From a virus: a stretch of 64,000 nucleotides of DNA. Under the pieces are notes generated by a model. The model did no database searches. It was not told where the DNA came from and saw nothing but the letters and a program-made list of their open reading frames with translations. The stretch covers positions 9,471 through 73,470 of IMG/VR virus record IMGVR_UViG_3300026484_000065; one strand, written 5' to 3'. The position numbers were made by a program, and so were the translations under genes. Positions 1-10,345 of this stretch are shown one piece after another. The stretch's first letter is position 1; each line of letters starts with the position of its first letter.

Positions 1-1324
1 ACCAACTAATAAGCTTGCTATCTAAAATTACTTTATCAGCTGTTAAGCCTTTACTTGAATGAGCCGTAGATAGAACATATCTATGCTTTTCTTTTGTCTT
101 GAAAGCCTCAGACGCAATATCTTTCAGTATTACAAAATCTTCTATCTTTCTAGAGAAAGCTTGCTTTTTAAATATTGCATATTCTTCACTTTTTTCATAT
201 ACCTCATCAAGATAATCATAACAACTTTTATAATCCATTTTTAATAGTTGGGAGTTGTGGTACTCTTTAATATCTTCATTAAGATAAGACATGTCGCCAA
301 TAAGCTTGTTTGCTTTAGCACCAATTCCTCTAAAAGAGATATAGTCTTGAAATACAGCATCTAAATTTCTAGTGAGATTGAACTTTTTCCCTTCGCTTGT
401 CATACTTAGAACATAATTTGCTAGCTCATTATTTGTTCTTGTCAGTATTAATGTTGTATCTATAGAAGTATCTTCATGCTTAGTACCAACAAATACAAAG
501 TCGTCATCAAAGAAGTCCTTGCCAAAATCTTGAACAACAGTAGCTATTGCTTCGTTGCATCTGTATGACTTAGTTAGCTTTAAATGTGTACCAACATCAC
601 TATAAAATTTAAACATTGATTCTGTATGCATAAATCCAAATATCTCTTGGTTTTTATCTCCAACTACAATCTTCTGTTTTGCTTTTACATTTTCAAACAA
701 TATAGCTGTTGAACCAATAGCATCGTTAGCCTCATCAATAGCAAGAACATCTACTTCGTAATTAACTTGATTGCTTTGTACCAACAATGAAGCCCATTTA
801 AGATATCCATTATGACTAAAGGCCTTGTTGTCTAGCATGAAGTACATAATCTTTTTTAATGCATTTGAGTAATTACTTTTATTAGCTAGATTTTCAAACG
901 TATCAACAAAATCTTCAACTTTTTGTATAGATGATGCACAATATCTATCTAGCAAATCAATAAGAATATCTGTGTCTGTTTTTTTGCTATACACTTTTGA
1001 TAGATATATTATTTGCCTATTTGATTTAATCTCAATAGTACCAACAAATGCTCTAACTATTTCATAAGCCAATGAGTGAATTGTTCTTGGATCAACATTT
1101 GATGGCATTGCTTCAATTGCTTCTTTTTGTTGCATCTTACTAAAGACAATATATTTAAATGTTCTGTTTGGATTATCATTTGCAATCATTTTTAATGTCG
1201 TTGATTTAGCTGAACCAGCAACAGAATCAATAATAATTAACTCATCCCCACTTTTAAATGTATTTAAGATTGTTTGTTGTTCTTGTGATGGTACAAGTTT
1301 TATAGAATTTAACAGCTCATCCAT
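1..1324 (-). CDS. UvrD/Rep-like SF1 helicase (3' end runs off the window; not in ORF track)
   Basis: Hand translation from ATG 1324 (GGAG RBS): MDELLNSIKLVPSQEQQTIL...IDSVAGSAKST (Walker A), VLAIDEAND (Walker B), IVVGDKNQEIFGF, LTKSYRC. Confidence 0.88.
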   Translation of the reverse strand, partial: MDELLNSIKLVPSQEQQTILNTFKSGDELIIIDSVAGSAKSTTLKMIANDNPNRTFKYIVFSKMQQKEAIEAMPSNVDPRTIHSLAYEIVRAFVGTIEIKSNRQIIYLSKVYSKKTDTDILIDLLDRYCASSIQKVEDFVDTFENLANKSNYSNALKKIMYFMLDNKAFSHNGYLKWASLLVQSNQVNYEVDVLAIDEANDAIGSTAILFENVKAKQKIVVGDKNQEIFGFMHTESMFKFYSDVGTHLKLTKSYRCNEAIATVVQDFGKDFFDDDFVFVGTKHEDTSIDTTLILTRTNNELANYVLSMTSEGKKFNLTRNLDAVFQDYISFRGIGAKANKLIGDMSYLNEDIKEYHNSQLLKMDYKSCYDYLDEVYEKSEEYAIFKKQAFSRKIEDFVILKDIASEAFKTKEKHRYVLSTAHSSKGLTADKVILDSKLISW

Positions 1325-1388
1325 TAGCTTATTCTCCTGTGTTATATTTGACGTATATGGACTTTTAATCCATATACTATATTTGGTA

Positions 1389-2042
1389 CTACATTAAAGC
1401 TTTTGCAGCTTCAGCAGCAGCTGGTGATGCAGCAGTAGCAGTTGTAGTAGCTGATGCTTTATTGCCTTTTGCTTTCTTAACAAGTCTAGGTGTTTTCTCA
1501 AGTTTCTCTTTCCATTTAGCTAATGGTTCATCTGAATAGTTTCCATCTTTGTCTTTGATTTTGCCTTCAACATCAGCAAACCCTTCAATGTCATTGTATA
1601 CTTGGAATTGTTCTTTGTTTGGATCTTCAATTTCACGCACTAATACAAGAACAGGACGTCCCTCAAGACTTAATTTAGTTCCTTGTACTTTTTTACCATA
1701 CGCTTCAAATTCAGCTTGTGCAGTAGTGATTTGAGCTGGTTCCATATGTAATGCATCAACAAGTGCTTTGAAAGCTTTTGTACCACTCTTGTTCTCAGTT
1801 ACTTCATTAGTTTTTTTATCTACATACGATGTATTGAAATAGAATACTCTATCTTTCTTAGATGTTTCATCTGTAAGTTCAATTTTAAGCATCTTAGCTT
1901 TCTTCTCTGTTTCAAATACAGCAACTTCTTTGATAACCATTTTATAAGCACCTGACTCTAATACGCTTGATTCTCCTGCTGGTGCAGCAACTGTTTCTGT
2001 ATATGTCTCTTGGCTAATGCCCATTAAATTTAAAATATCCAT
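1389..2042 (-). CDS. ssb: single-stranded DNA-binding protein (N4 gp45-like)
   Basis: LESGAY N-terminal motif, OB-fold-like size, Ala/Thr-rich flexible C-tail, downstream of primase and Sak4 as in N4-like phages. Confidence 0.7.
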   Translation of the reverse strand: MDILNLMGISQETYTETVAAPAGESSVLESGAYKMVIKEVAVFETEKKAKMLKIELTDETSKKDRVFYFNTSYVDKKTNEVTENKSGTKAFKALVDALHMEPAQITTAQAEFEAYGKKVQGTKLSLEGRPVLVLVREIEDPNKEQFQVYNDIEGFADVEGKIKDKDGNYSDEPLAKWKEKLEKTPRLVKKAKGNKASATTTATAASPAAAEAAKALM

Positions 2043-2189
2043 TGGATTTCCTTTGTTTTTATGTTTTTATTTTTTGATTGGATTTACATTGGTTGTGTAC
2101 CAAATACCAAAATTGGGGTACAAATTGTACCAACTCTATACTTTAATCTGTATCAGATTTTTGGCACTTCTTGAAAAGAAGGAGTACCA

Positions 2190-2351
2190 CTACTTCTTTC
2201 TTTCGTGAGGTTTCGTTTTTGGTTCTTTATCAGCAACTAGATGAGCAATATACGCAGCCATCGACATTCCAGCTTCATGAGCCAGAATCTTAATTTTCTT
2301 ATGAATATGTTCACGTACCAACATTGTTTTTAATTTTGCTTTCTTTTCCAT
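2190..2351 (-). CDS. small ribbon-helix-helix-like DNA-binding protein, 53 aa (not in ORF track)
   Basis: MEKKAKLKTMLVREHIHRKLRILAHEAGMSMAAYIAHLVADK...; strand-helix-G-x-S-helix pattern; GGAG RBS at the end of the ParB gene. Confidence 0.7.
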   Translation of the reverse strand: MEKKAKLKTMLVREHIHKKIKILAHEAGMSMAAYIAHLVADKEPKTKPHERKK

Positions 2352-2353
2352 TT

Positions 2354-3208
2354 CTATGCTCCCTTTTTAAATTGACAGATTTTTGATAATTCCTCAACAG
2401 TAACGTCAACATCAAAATCAAATTCCGATGGGTACGCTTCTGATAACAGATAATGCATAATCTTTATTTTCTCATTGAATGATGCTTTGTCTACGATATT
2501 TACAATTCCCCAGAATGTGTCGGCAACATAATCATTAATGTCATATAGTGCCAAAGCGCTATTGTAATCAACAATATACTCCACATTTGGACCTTCTTTT
2601 GGTTCACCACCATTTGCTATATATTCATCATATTTATCAAGCGTTGTTTTGATTGTTAACAAACCTGTTGAATATTTTACTTTATCAGTAACTTCTTCTG
2701 GAAGTCTCACAGCTTTTCTTTCTGATAATGTCTCTATATAATTATGAGTTATCGCATACTTGTTTTCACTTATTGTTTTTGCATAGCTTATATAATGTCT
2801 TTTAACTCCACTTTTAACTGCTGCCTGAGCAATGCTTAAATTGTGTCCAGCAACATATCTTCTGTAAGCTATAATTGCTTTCTGTGTTGTTGTTAGATCT
2901 TTGTTGATCATTTCTTTTGATGTTACAATGTCTTCAATGTCTTCTCTTGAATACACTGTCTTATCATATACATTTGCTTTTACTTTTAATCCCAATGCTA
3001 AACAAGCTTTACAGCGATGTCTTCCATCCATCAGTTTGCCATTATAGACTATTATATTTTCGAGTTGTCCATTTTCTTTTATTGAATTTGCTAATGCACG
3101 TATTGCGTCCTCGTTAATCGGAGTTATTTCAGCAACAGATTCATCTATATTTTCTAGCAGCAGCCTTGGGTCCAACTCTTCAACTACAATATTTGAGTTT
3201 TTTATCAT
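2354..3208 (-). CDS. ParB N-terminal domain protein (copy 1)
   Basis: LANSIKENGQLENIIVYNGKLMDGRHRCKAC = ParB/Srx arginine patch; DLTTTQKA followed by an HTH-like segment. Confidence 0.85.
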   Translation of the reverse strand: MIKNSNIVVEELDPRLLLENIDESVAEITPINEDAIRALANSIKENGQLENIIVYNGKLMDGRHRCKACLALGLKVKANVYDKTVYSREDIEDIVTSKEMINKDLTTTQKAIIAYRRYVAGHNLSIAQAAVKSGVKRHYISYAKTISENKYAITHNYIETLSERKAVRLPEEVTDKVKYSTGLLTIKTTLDKYDEYIANGGEPKEGPNVEYIVDYNSALALYDINDYVADTFWGIVNIVDKASFNEKIKIMHYLLSEAYPSEFDFDVDVTVEELSKICQFKKGA

Positions 3209-3316
3209 TTTTTTGATCCTTTTTTTTTATTATTAATATGGACAGTTTACACTGTTTAAATTTAAAATTGGCTTAATTATGTATCTTTCATTTCTTAAAA
3301 GATATCATGAAACCTC

Positions 3317-3415
3317 AGTTGGCCCAGTGGGCCAGTTGGCCCAGTTGGCCAGTTTTCCCAAACAAGCTAGTTGGCCCAGTGGGCCAGTTTATTGAGTTGG
3401 CCCACTGGGCCAGTT
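3317..3415. repeat. array of four 15-bp palindromes TGGCCCA-N-TGGGCCA upstream of ParB copy 1
   Basis: Copies at 3320-3334, 3337-3351 (one mismatch), 3372-3386, 3398-3412; GC-rich in an AT-rich context. Confidence 0.9.
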
Positions 3416-3535
3416 TTTCTATTTAACTCTTTTTATTATTGCGCCCCCTTTATTTATATAATAAAGGAGACACTACTTAAAACGTTTTATTAAAATTAAA
3501 CTAACCTTAAACCATTCCTTCTTTACCCCTACCCC

Positions 3536-3686
3536 CTTTAGAGAGAAAGGCCAGAGTAAAATATCAGGATTTGAATAGCGAAAGTTTACCTGCGAAGCAG
3601 GGCAGCGTTAACGAAGCGTTAGCGGAGAGCTGCTTTCGATGTTCAAACCTTCCTGACTATTTTACGGCAGGTTTTTCTCTCTAAAA
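3536..3686 (+). other. branched fold-back structure with a GCGAAGC hairpin
   Basis: Nested pairs tttagagagaaa/tttctctctaaa, gtaaaata/tattttac, tcagga/tcctga, tttgaa/ttcaaa, cgaaag/ctttcg; apical cctgc-GAA-gcagg. Confidence 0.8.
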
Positions 3687-3716
3687 AGAAGCCTAGTGCT
3701 AACGATAAATATTCAC

Positions 3717-3787
3717 TCTCCCTTAATTAGTACCAAACATAAAAGTTGTTTAATTATTATTGTAGTGTTTGGTACTAATTAAGAGAG
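3717..3787. repeat. inverted repeat built on AGTACCAAACA/TGTTTGGTACT
   Basis: ctcccttaattagtaccaaaca ... tgtttggtactaattaagagag. Confidence 0.8.
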
Positions 3788-3820
3788 ATAAAAAGTTTTT
3801 CAAATCTAAAGTCATTTTTG

Positions 3821-3956
3821 TTGTAACTGCTCTGCCGTCACTCAGTTCTTAATTTTTCAACAAGCAACTCTCCATCCATCCAAGGCTAACGCCTTGTATG
3901 TATGCAGCGACCCTTATTTAAAAACCAGCGAGCCTCGCTAGTCACGCAGTTACAAA
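3821..3956. other. second branched fold-back structure
   Basis: ttgtaactgc/gcagttacaa closing stem; inner caaggc-taac-gccttg and agcgag/ctcgct hairpins. Confidence 0.65.
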
Positions 3957-4094
3957 AAGGGGTAGTGGGAAAGAGGGGGTTGTTAGTTTGGTACTCAATC
4001 AACCTATATCTTCCCTAGAATTAATTTTTTATCTAAAACGATAAATCTATCGAGAAGATATTTATCTTTCTTTCTAGGTACATTAGAATTAATC

Positions 4095-4544
4095 CTATAG
4101 AGTTTCTAAATCCACACCTTTGTATTCAAGGTACCCAATAACATATGGAGATGTTTTTAGAAACATAGGAGTGTTTGCACCAATGGCAAATACACCGTTA
4201 TACACAAATGCTTTCCAAGAAACATAAGTACCCCAACTAAAGAGCTTGTGTAGCTCTCTAGCTGCTGTAGATTTGTTTTCTTCTTCGAACGCAAGTTCAG
4301 CAGCTTTATTAAACATTTTTGTTCTTAGCTTTATCATCTCCACAAAGAAACTTTTGTCTACATGCAACTTATTATCTTTTTTAATAACTATGTCTTCAAA
4401 GTCATAGTGTTGTCTTTGTATGTAGAACGATTGTCTTTTGATTCCAAAGTAATTCACAAATGTCTTAACATTGACAAAATCTCTTTTGCTTTTTTTTATG
4501 CAGACATCATAAATTTTTGGATGTATTCTTTTTTTCTTCTTCAT
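4095..4544 (-). CDS. hypothetical basic protein, possibly DNA-binding
   Basis: 149-aa ORF starting 5 nt after the Sak4-like gene; weak HTH-like FVNYFGIKRQSFY. Confidence 0.6.
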   Translation of the reverse strand: MKKKKRIHPKIYDVCIKKSKRDFVNVKTFVNYFGIKRQSFYIQRQHYDFEDIVIKKDNKLHVDKSFFVEMIKLRTKMFNKAAELAFEEENKSTAARELHKLFSWGTYVSWKAFVYNGVFAIGANTPMFLKTSPYVIGYLEYKGVDLETL

Positions 4545-4548
4545 TTCT

Positions 4549-5277
4549 CTATGCTAAACCAAACTTCTTAGCAAGTTCTTTATCTTTAGCAAACAAAACA
4601 TCTTTATCTTCCCAATCAATCTTATTACCATTTAATCTATCAAAGATGAGAGATAAGTCATTGTTTGGTACTTTGTGAGGAAATAGCCCAAGAGGACTTC
4701 TTGCATTTGTATTTCTATTCTCTTGCCCTGGCTTTGTAACGAATCCGTACCCAACATAACTGCCAAATGGATTTGGTTCTGCTAAATCATATGTATATGT
4801 CTCTAATACAGTACCAAAGAAAGATTCTAATCCAAGCTTAGAAAGTGAACCTTTAACCATTCCTTTTTTCTTTCCACCTGTTTCATCATTTGTATGGATA
4901 AAGAAGATCCAATTCTTTTTACTTTTCAATCTTGCAAAATTCAATAGTTCTTTTCCCCATTGAGCATACAGCCCCCATGCAGCTCTAGTATCATCAGCTG
5001 TTAATACATGCATGCTCTCTAGCTGCTCAAACCAAAAGCTAAGGCTATCGATTACAATTGTTTGGTACTCACTCTCTTCAAACGCTTGTAGTGACTGAAT
5101 CACCTGAATGGGGTCCATCGGAATTATAAATTTCCCAAATTCATCTTGCATATTAAAATCCATCTCATTCTTCCCATCCGTAGAAATATAAATGATTGAT
5201 TTTAAATCCATATTTCTTAAACTCGCACTCTTCCCTGTTGAAGGCAAACCAGATACCATAATACAGTTCTTATTCAT
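4549..5277 (-). CDS. Sak4-like/AAA_24 ATPase (N4 gp44-like); start probably ATG 5277
   Basis: IMVSGLPSTGKSASLRN Walker A, TIVIDSLSF, LGLESFFGTVL, ARSPLGLF; AAGGAAG RBS before 5277. Confidence 0.85.
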   Translation of the reverse strand: MNKNCIMVSGLPSTGKSASLRNMDLKSIIYISTDGKNEMDFNMQDEFGKFIIPMDPIQVIQSLQAFEESEYQTIVIDSLSFWFEQLESMHVLTADDTRAAWGLYAQWGKELLNFARLKSKKNWIFFIHTNDETGGKKKGMVKGSLSKLGLESFFGTVLETYTYDLAEPNPFGSYVGYGFVTKPGQENRNTNARSPLGLFPHKVPNNDLSLIFDRLNGNKIDWEDKDVLFAKDKELAKKFGLA

Positions 5278-5389
5278 CTTTTTCTTCCTTTTACTAATTC
5301 TCTGTTTGTTTTGGTACATATTTTACATATACCATTTTCATTAACATCCTTTGTTGATGTACATATTTTGCAATTAACTTCTTTGTCCA

Positions 5390-7591
5390 TTAGTTCCTCC
5401 TAGCTATTGAAGTTACTTCTTTATCGCTCAACGGCTCAGAAAGTAGGTTATTTAGCTCAAACAGTACCAACTCAACATTATGTACTCCTATCTCCTCAAG
5501 AAGCTTCTTCGCAGAATATAGGTTACTATTTCTTGAACCTGTTGCTGTATTAACAACAAACCATTTCTTGATTCCTGCAACACGTCTTTCTACCTCATCT
5601 TCATAATCAACTCCAGAATCCATTAGTTTGTTAAGGATCTCTAATGCATGATTACCTTGTTCTGTTTCAGGTATAAACGCTTGAGCATTTAATTTTGTAC
5701 CAACATTAGTAAATACCTCAGCTTCTGGATTCGTGAACCAAAGTCTTGATATGTTGGTTGTAGCTTGGTCATATACCTTGAACCCAAAGAATTCAGCTAT
5801 ATTCTTATACATCTTCTTATGTTGTTCAGGATCTACATAATACTTATTTGTTGTTGGTACTAAAATACGAAATCTATCACCTTGCATTTCACCATTTTTT
5901 TCTTTTCTATGAGACCTTGTTGTGTAGATGATGTATGTATAGTCTTTTAAAAGCTCTCTAGCTTCTTTAAGGGTCATTCCATCATCTATATCGAATCCAA
6001 TTAGATTTTGTCCCTTAATAGCATTATCTGCCCTTCTATGACCTGCTCCCTGAGTAGTTGCAAGTTTCTCAGACATAGCTGTTGGTTCATACCATGATGT
6101 AGTAAAGCTTTTTGCTTTATTGGAACGTACCAAAGCTTCTATAGATGGAGCTTCTCCAAAGAAATTAACTTCCAATGGAAGAAAAGATGCAGATGCTTGA
6201 GGCTCTATCTTCTTTTGCTCATAATCATGAACATCGATTGAACAAATAATCTTATCCATCTCTGTTTTAGATGGTTCTTCCATATAGAAATATCTTGTAT
6301 TCTTTCCTGTAACATTAGGAACATAGCCTTTGTAATAAGCATAGTCTTTAAATAGCTCTATTGTCTCTTCACGTATTTGTTTGGTACTCCCCAGGTTAAC
6401 ACCATAAGAATCAAGCTCGTGTATAGACAATTTTCTCTTAGCCAATTTCAGAACATTGAATAAATCTTTATGAATACTTATTGGATTGATTATATTTGAG
6501 ATAGTCTCTCTTGACTCTTTAAAGATTGAATATGCAGATTCTAAATGCTCTAAAGTTAATGTCATTGAGCTATCAAGAATGCATAATAAGTGAGCTATAT
6601 TATCAATCATGTCAATTGAAGACACATCTATTGTTAACCACTTATCAGCAAGATTGTCATTTGCCTTGTCTATTAGTTCGTCTTGTATTGAAACAAGTCT
6701 TTCTTTATAATCTTGTTGGTGCCCAAACTCTAAAGCTTCTTTGTAGTTCTTTGTGTTTGATTTGATAATAGCTTTTATTGAATCTATATAGCTAAATAGC
6801 TCATTAAGTTCTTCTTCTTGCATCTCAACATTTTCACTGCTTTGACGTTCAATAGGTTTTGGCTCAAAGTTGAAGATTACAGATCTTCTGTATAGACCAG
6901 ATTCAAGAAGCTTGAGTAATTGTTCTTTATCTTTCTTTGATACACCAGCTTCAGAACCAAACAATAGTATATTTGTTGTAAGATTATCTACTTGAGGAGT
7001 GTTCTCAGATTTTGTTACTTTAGCTTTAATGGTACCATCATATGCTTCTTTCAGCTTATTCAAAGCTTCTGCTGAATTTGTAACAATATCACCAAGTTCA
7101 CTAACAGAAACATTGATGCTTGAAAATTGAGCAGCAGCAACTGCATATGATGTAGCAACAAAACCCTCTTTTGTACCCTCAATAGATACAGTTATATCTC
7201 TTGGAATATAATTCAACAAGGCATCTAAACCTTTCTTTTCTCCAAGAACAAAACTATTCTCAACTTCATGTTTTAATCTTTCATCACCTTCAACATTCGC
7301 AATCAATTCTTGTTTCATAGCTTCATGATATACAGTTCTGTTAAAGTTAAACACATCAGCAACAGTACCAAAACTAAAGTCCTTACCAAATCCACTTCCA
7401 GCAAGAGTTACACCAAAAAACTTTATATTCTTACCATTACTATTAAGTACCAAACCTGATGTTAAGTTTGCCAATATTGATGTATAAAACAATAATGGGT
7501 TTAGATAGATGTACCTATCTGATTTAAATTTACCTTGTATCTCAAGCTTATCAAGTATGTATTTTAAAGATTCTGTTTCTTTAATTTTCAT
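5390..7591 (-). CDS. DNA primase (N4 gp43-like; P-loop N-terminal domain plus C-terminal AEP/PriCT)
   Basis: LAGSGFGKD, HRRADN, FDIDDG, YTTRSH, DRFRILVP, GSRNSNL, PLSDKEV. Confidence 0.85.
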   Translation of the reverse strand: MKIKETESLKYILDKLEIQGKFKSDRYIYLNPLLFYTSILANLTSGLVLNSNGKNIKFFGVTLAGSGFGKDFSFGTVADVFNFNRTVYHEAMKQELIANVEGDERLKHEVENSFVLGEKKGLDALLNYIPRDITVSIEGTKEGFVATSYAVAAAQFSSINVSVSELGDIVTNSAEALNKLKEAYDGTIKAKVTKSENTPQVDNLTTNILLFGSEAGVSKKDKEQLLKLLESGLYRRSVIFNFEPKPIERQSSENVEMQEEELNELFSYIDSIKAIIKSNTKNYKEALEFGHQQDYKERLVSIQDELIDKANDNLADKWLTIDVSSIDMIDNIAHLLCILDSSMTLTLEHLESAYSIFKESRETISNIINPISIHKDLFNVLKLAKRKLSIHELDSYGVNLGSTKQIREETIELFKDYAYYKGYVPNVTGKNTRYFYMEEPSKTEMDKIICSIDVHDYEQKKIEPQASASFLPLEVNFFGEAPSIEALVRSNKAKSFTTSWYEPTAMSEKLATTQGAGHRRADNAIKGQNLIGFDIDDGMTLKEARELLKDYTYIIYTTRSHRKEKNGEMQGDRFRILVPTTNKYYVDPEQHKKMYKNIAEFFGFKVYDQATTNISRLWFTNPEAEVFTNVGTKLNAQAFIPETEQGNHALEILNKLMDSGVDYEDEVERRVAGIKKWFVVNTATGSRNSNLYSAKKLLEEIGVHNVELVLFELNNLLSEPLSDKEVTSIARRN

Positions 7592-7635
7592 ACGTATCTC
7601 CTTTATGTTTTGGTACTATATAGTTTATTATATAG

Positions 7636-7851
7636 TTAATCTTTTAATTCAATTGTCATTGAATCTGCCTTAAAAAGCTTAGTTGCTTTTCTTACAAAAT
7701 CAAGTTCTTTTTTATCTGGATGAAGCTTGTTCATCATATCAGCAATCTCTTTTCCTTCAAGGTATTTCTCCTTGAAGTTATCTTTTGCATGAAACATTGG
7801 TTTACCATTTATATCTTCAGATATCAAATCAATCTTTATCTTATAGCTCAT
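7636..7851 (-). CDS. hypothetical protein
   Basis: 71-aa ORF with GAGG RBS, in operon. Confidence 0.6.
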   Translation of the reverse strand: MSYKIKIDLISEDINGKPMFHAKDNFKEKYLEGKEIADMMNKLHPDKKELDFVRKATKLFKADSMTIELKD

Positions 7852-8067
7852 AATCTAATCCTCATGTTTTTCTTGATGACAGCTTTTATATAATGTAATA
7901 AGATCATCAAGTTCTTCATTGTATAAAAAGTGTGACAATTGATGCTATAGCAAACAGTACCAATATATGCCATGTTTAAAAAGTGCTTTGAAGTACCATT
8001 GTTAGGAGCCAAAAAAGGCTTTGTTGCAATATTCTCTTTATACAAAAGAAGCAAATTCTTATTTATT

Positions 8068-8436
8068 TTAATAAATAGTATCCCATTCAATTTGGACAGC
8101 AGTAATATCTTTTGATTCCATTGTAGATGGAATATATACATATGGATTTAACTTATATACTAAAATATCTTCAACCTCTTTAACCTTTTTAATATAGTCC
8201 AATTCTTGGAATTTATCTAAAGTTTTAGATATTGTTTGATGGTTAACTTTTATATCTTTTGCAATCTCTGTTGGGTTCAGTGAAATAATTAGCTTATCCC
8301 TTGTAGCCATATCCATTAAAGCAAAAAATAATATTCTCTCATTCTTATTGTTCAGAGCCATTACTAATTTCTCTAAAGCATCTATGTTTGCAAAATCCCA
8401 ACCATCTTTAATAGTTGACTTAGTTTTCTTGTTCAT
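8068..8436 (-). CDS. RepL-like winged-HTH protein
   Basis: NPTEIAKDIKVNHQTISKTLDKFQELDYIKK...YKLNPYV resembles the plasmid RepL HTH and YxLNP motif. Confidence 0.65.
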   Translation of the reverse strand: MNKKTKSTIKDGWDFANIDALEKLVMALNNKNERILFFALMDMATRDKLIISLNPTEIAKDIKVNHQTISKTLDKFQELDYIKKVKEVEDILVYKLNPYVYIPSTMESKDITAVQIEWDTIY

Positions 8437-8490
8437 TATTTATCCTTTTTATCAATTGTTTTTATTGTTGGTACTATTTAGAATAACTCC

Positions 8491-10302
8491 TTAAAATGGA
8501 ATATCTTCATCTTCTATGTCATCGTTGTCACTATTGTCTATAACACCCATATATCTTTTTTGTTCTTCAAGTTCATCAAGATATCTTTCTTCCAAGAACT
8601 CCAAAAAGAATGCCCATCCAAACATATTCTTGCCTTCCTTGATGATATTTGTGCCTCTTGTTTTTAAAGCCTTGAACCATCTTCTGTGTTGTCCATGGTA
8701 CTTATCCCAAATAGGCATCATTTTCTTAAAGAAGAAATTTGATGAAGGTTTATATTCATATCCATCTTTGTTCTTAGGCAATCCATTGATATACACATGA
8801 ATATCTATAAAAGCTTCAACAAGCACTTCTATATTTACTGTAGTTTTGTATACCTTAATAATATCAGCTATACGTTCTTGAGGATTCTTGATTCGTACAA
8901 TAGTATCATCTGTTTTTCTTTTTACAGTACCAACATGAACTTGTTCAACTTCTTCTTTCTTTTTGTATAACTCTTTCTCAAGCTCTTCAAGTCTAGCTAT
9001 GCGTTCATTGTACCAATCTCTACTTATCTCTTGTACCACAACATCTTTATCAATAAGTTCATCAAGATTGAGTAATGCTAATCTATCAACCTCTTTGGCA
9101 AGGTTTATTATGTTTTGTTCTCTATCTTCTGTTTTTGGTACTGGATTAAAGTCATCATAATAAAATCCAAATCTTGCAAAATTAGAACCACAATCAAGAA
9201 ATCTCTTAGTTTCGACCTTATCTGTTCTACGGAGATTTCTTCCCAAAATCTGTAGTTCTTTTGGTCTTGACCCTATTGATGTTGCAATAACTAAATCTTC
9301 AATCTCTGTGTCTGAGAAACCTGTTGATAATGCATTTACATTGACCAAGCATTTTACAGTGAATACATTATTTTCAAATTCAGGTAGTGCTTGCTGTGCT
9401 GAATTTGGATCAATATACTTTTCTTGATTGATAAATGATTTTAAAATTGCATCACGTTGTTTGTTTGGTACTTTTGAATGATATACCATAGAACTAAAAC
9501 CATTTGCTTGAAGTACCTCATTCAGTACCTCTGCTGTATGAATTGATGATGTAAACAATAATACTTTTCTGTCTTGCATATTCATATGCTTCATCGTATT
9601 AACAACATTGTTTATATATGTATCTTTTTCAATTATATTATTTAACTGGTATTTGTCAAAGTCTCCTGATGAAGTCACTTTGATATTATCAAAATCTAAT
9701 TTTTCAGCGAATGAAGCTACATATGTTTCAATGTTTGGATGCCAAACTGATTTAGCCATTTCTGCATTAGTCATTGTTTGAATTGTTTTGTAAACATTGT
9801 CTAATTGATAGCCAAATGCATTGTAGGGAGTACCTGTCATACCTATTCTAATGCTATATCCGAATTGCTTCTTAAGTTTATTGATAGTACCACCACTTGA
9901 GAACTTATGTATTTCATCTTGAATTATGATTGTTGGTACAAAATTCAAAGTACCCTTTTCAAGTCTTGATACAACAGATTGGAACATTCCTATTTGAATA
10001 TTGCAATTTTCACATTGGTTATCATACCCAGAAGCAATAACGCCTACTTCAAGGTTTATCAGTTTTGCTGTGTCAACAAATTGTTCTATCAAAGCTCTGA
10101 TTGGAAATACGATAAGCACTGTTTCAAACTCAGATAGCTTCTTTGCTATTTCAAGAATTGCTATGCTTTTCCCCCAGCTCACCTGAGCATCAAGGACAAT
10201 AGTGTCTCTCTTTTCCCCTTCAAGGTCTTGGGCAAACATTAAATCGTTGACTGCTTCAAGTACTTTGTCGACAGCTTCTTGTTGATATGGACGTAACTTC
10301 AT
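8491..10302 (-). CDS. SF2 (DExH, ResIII-like) helicase
   Basis: LRPYQQEA Q-motif, AQVSWGKS, IQDEIH, GMTGTP, LSTGFS, QILGRNLR. Confidence 0.92.
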   Translation of the reverse strand: MKLRPYQQEAVDKVLEAVNDLMFAQDLEGEKRDTIVLDAQVSWGKSIAILEIAKKLSEFETVLIVFPIRALIEQFVDTAKLINLEVGVIASGYDNQCENCNIQIGMFQSVVSRLEKGTLNFVPTIIIQDEIHKFSSGGTINKLKKQFGYSIRIGMTGTPYNAFGYQLDNVYKTIQTMTNAEMAKSVWHPNIETYVASFAEKLDFDNIKVTSSGDFDKYQLNNIIEKDTYINNVVNTMKHMNMQDRKVLLFTSSIHTAEVLNEVLQANGFSSMVYHSKVPNKQRDAILKSFINQEKYIDPNSAQQALPEFENNVFTVKCLVNVNALSTGFSDTEIEDLVIATSIGSRPKELQILGRNLRRTDKVETKRFLDCGSNFARFGFYYDDFNPVPKTEDREQNIINLAKEVDRLALLNLDELIDKDVVVQEISRDWYNERIARLEELEKELYKKKEEVEQVHVGTVKRKTDDTIVRIKNPQERIADIIKVYKTTVNIEVLVEAFIDIHVYINGLPKNKDGYEYKPSSNFFFKKMMPIWDKYHGQHRRWFKALKTRGTNIIKEGKNMFGWAFFLEFLEERYLDELEEQKRYMGVIDNSDNDDIEDEDIPF

Positions 10303-10345
10303 TCACTACTCCTTAATATATATTTTATTGATGCAGAAGATATCT

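Noticed and set aside
2354-3208. ParB-methyltransferase fusion explaining the GTAC motif
   Set aside because: Neither ParB protein has DPPY/NPPY or FxGxG motifs, and no methyltransferase was recognised in the window
3317-3415. Possible CRISPR or mini-array
   Set aside because: Units are 15-21 bp palindromes separated by only ~2-20 nt, with no unique 30-40 nt spacers and no cas operon
7848-8141. 97-aa ORF between the RepL-like gene and the 71-aa gene
   Set aside because: Overlaps the RepL-like gene by 74 nt, has no clear RBS or motif, and the start cannot be placed
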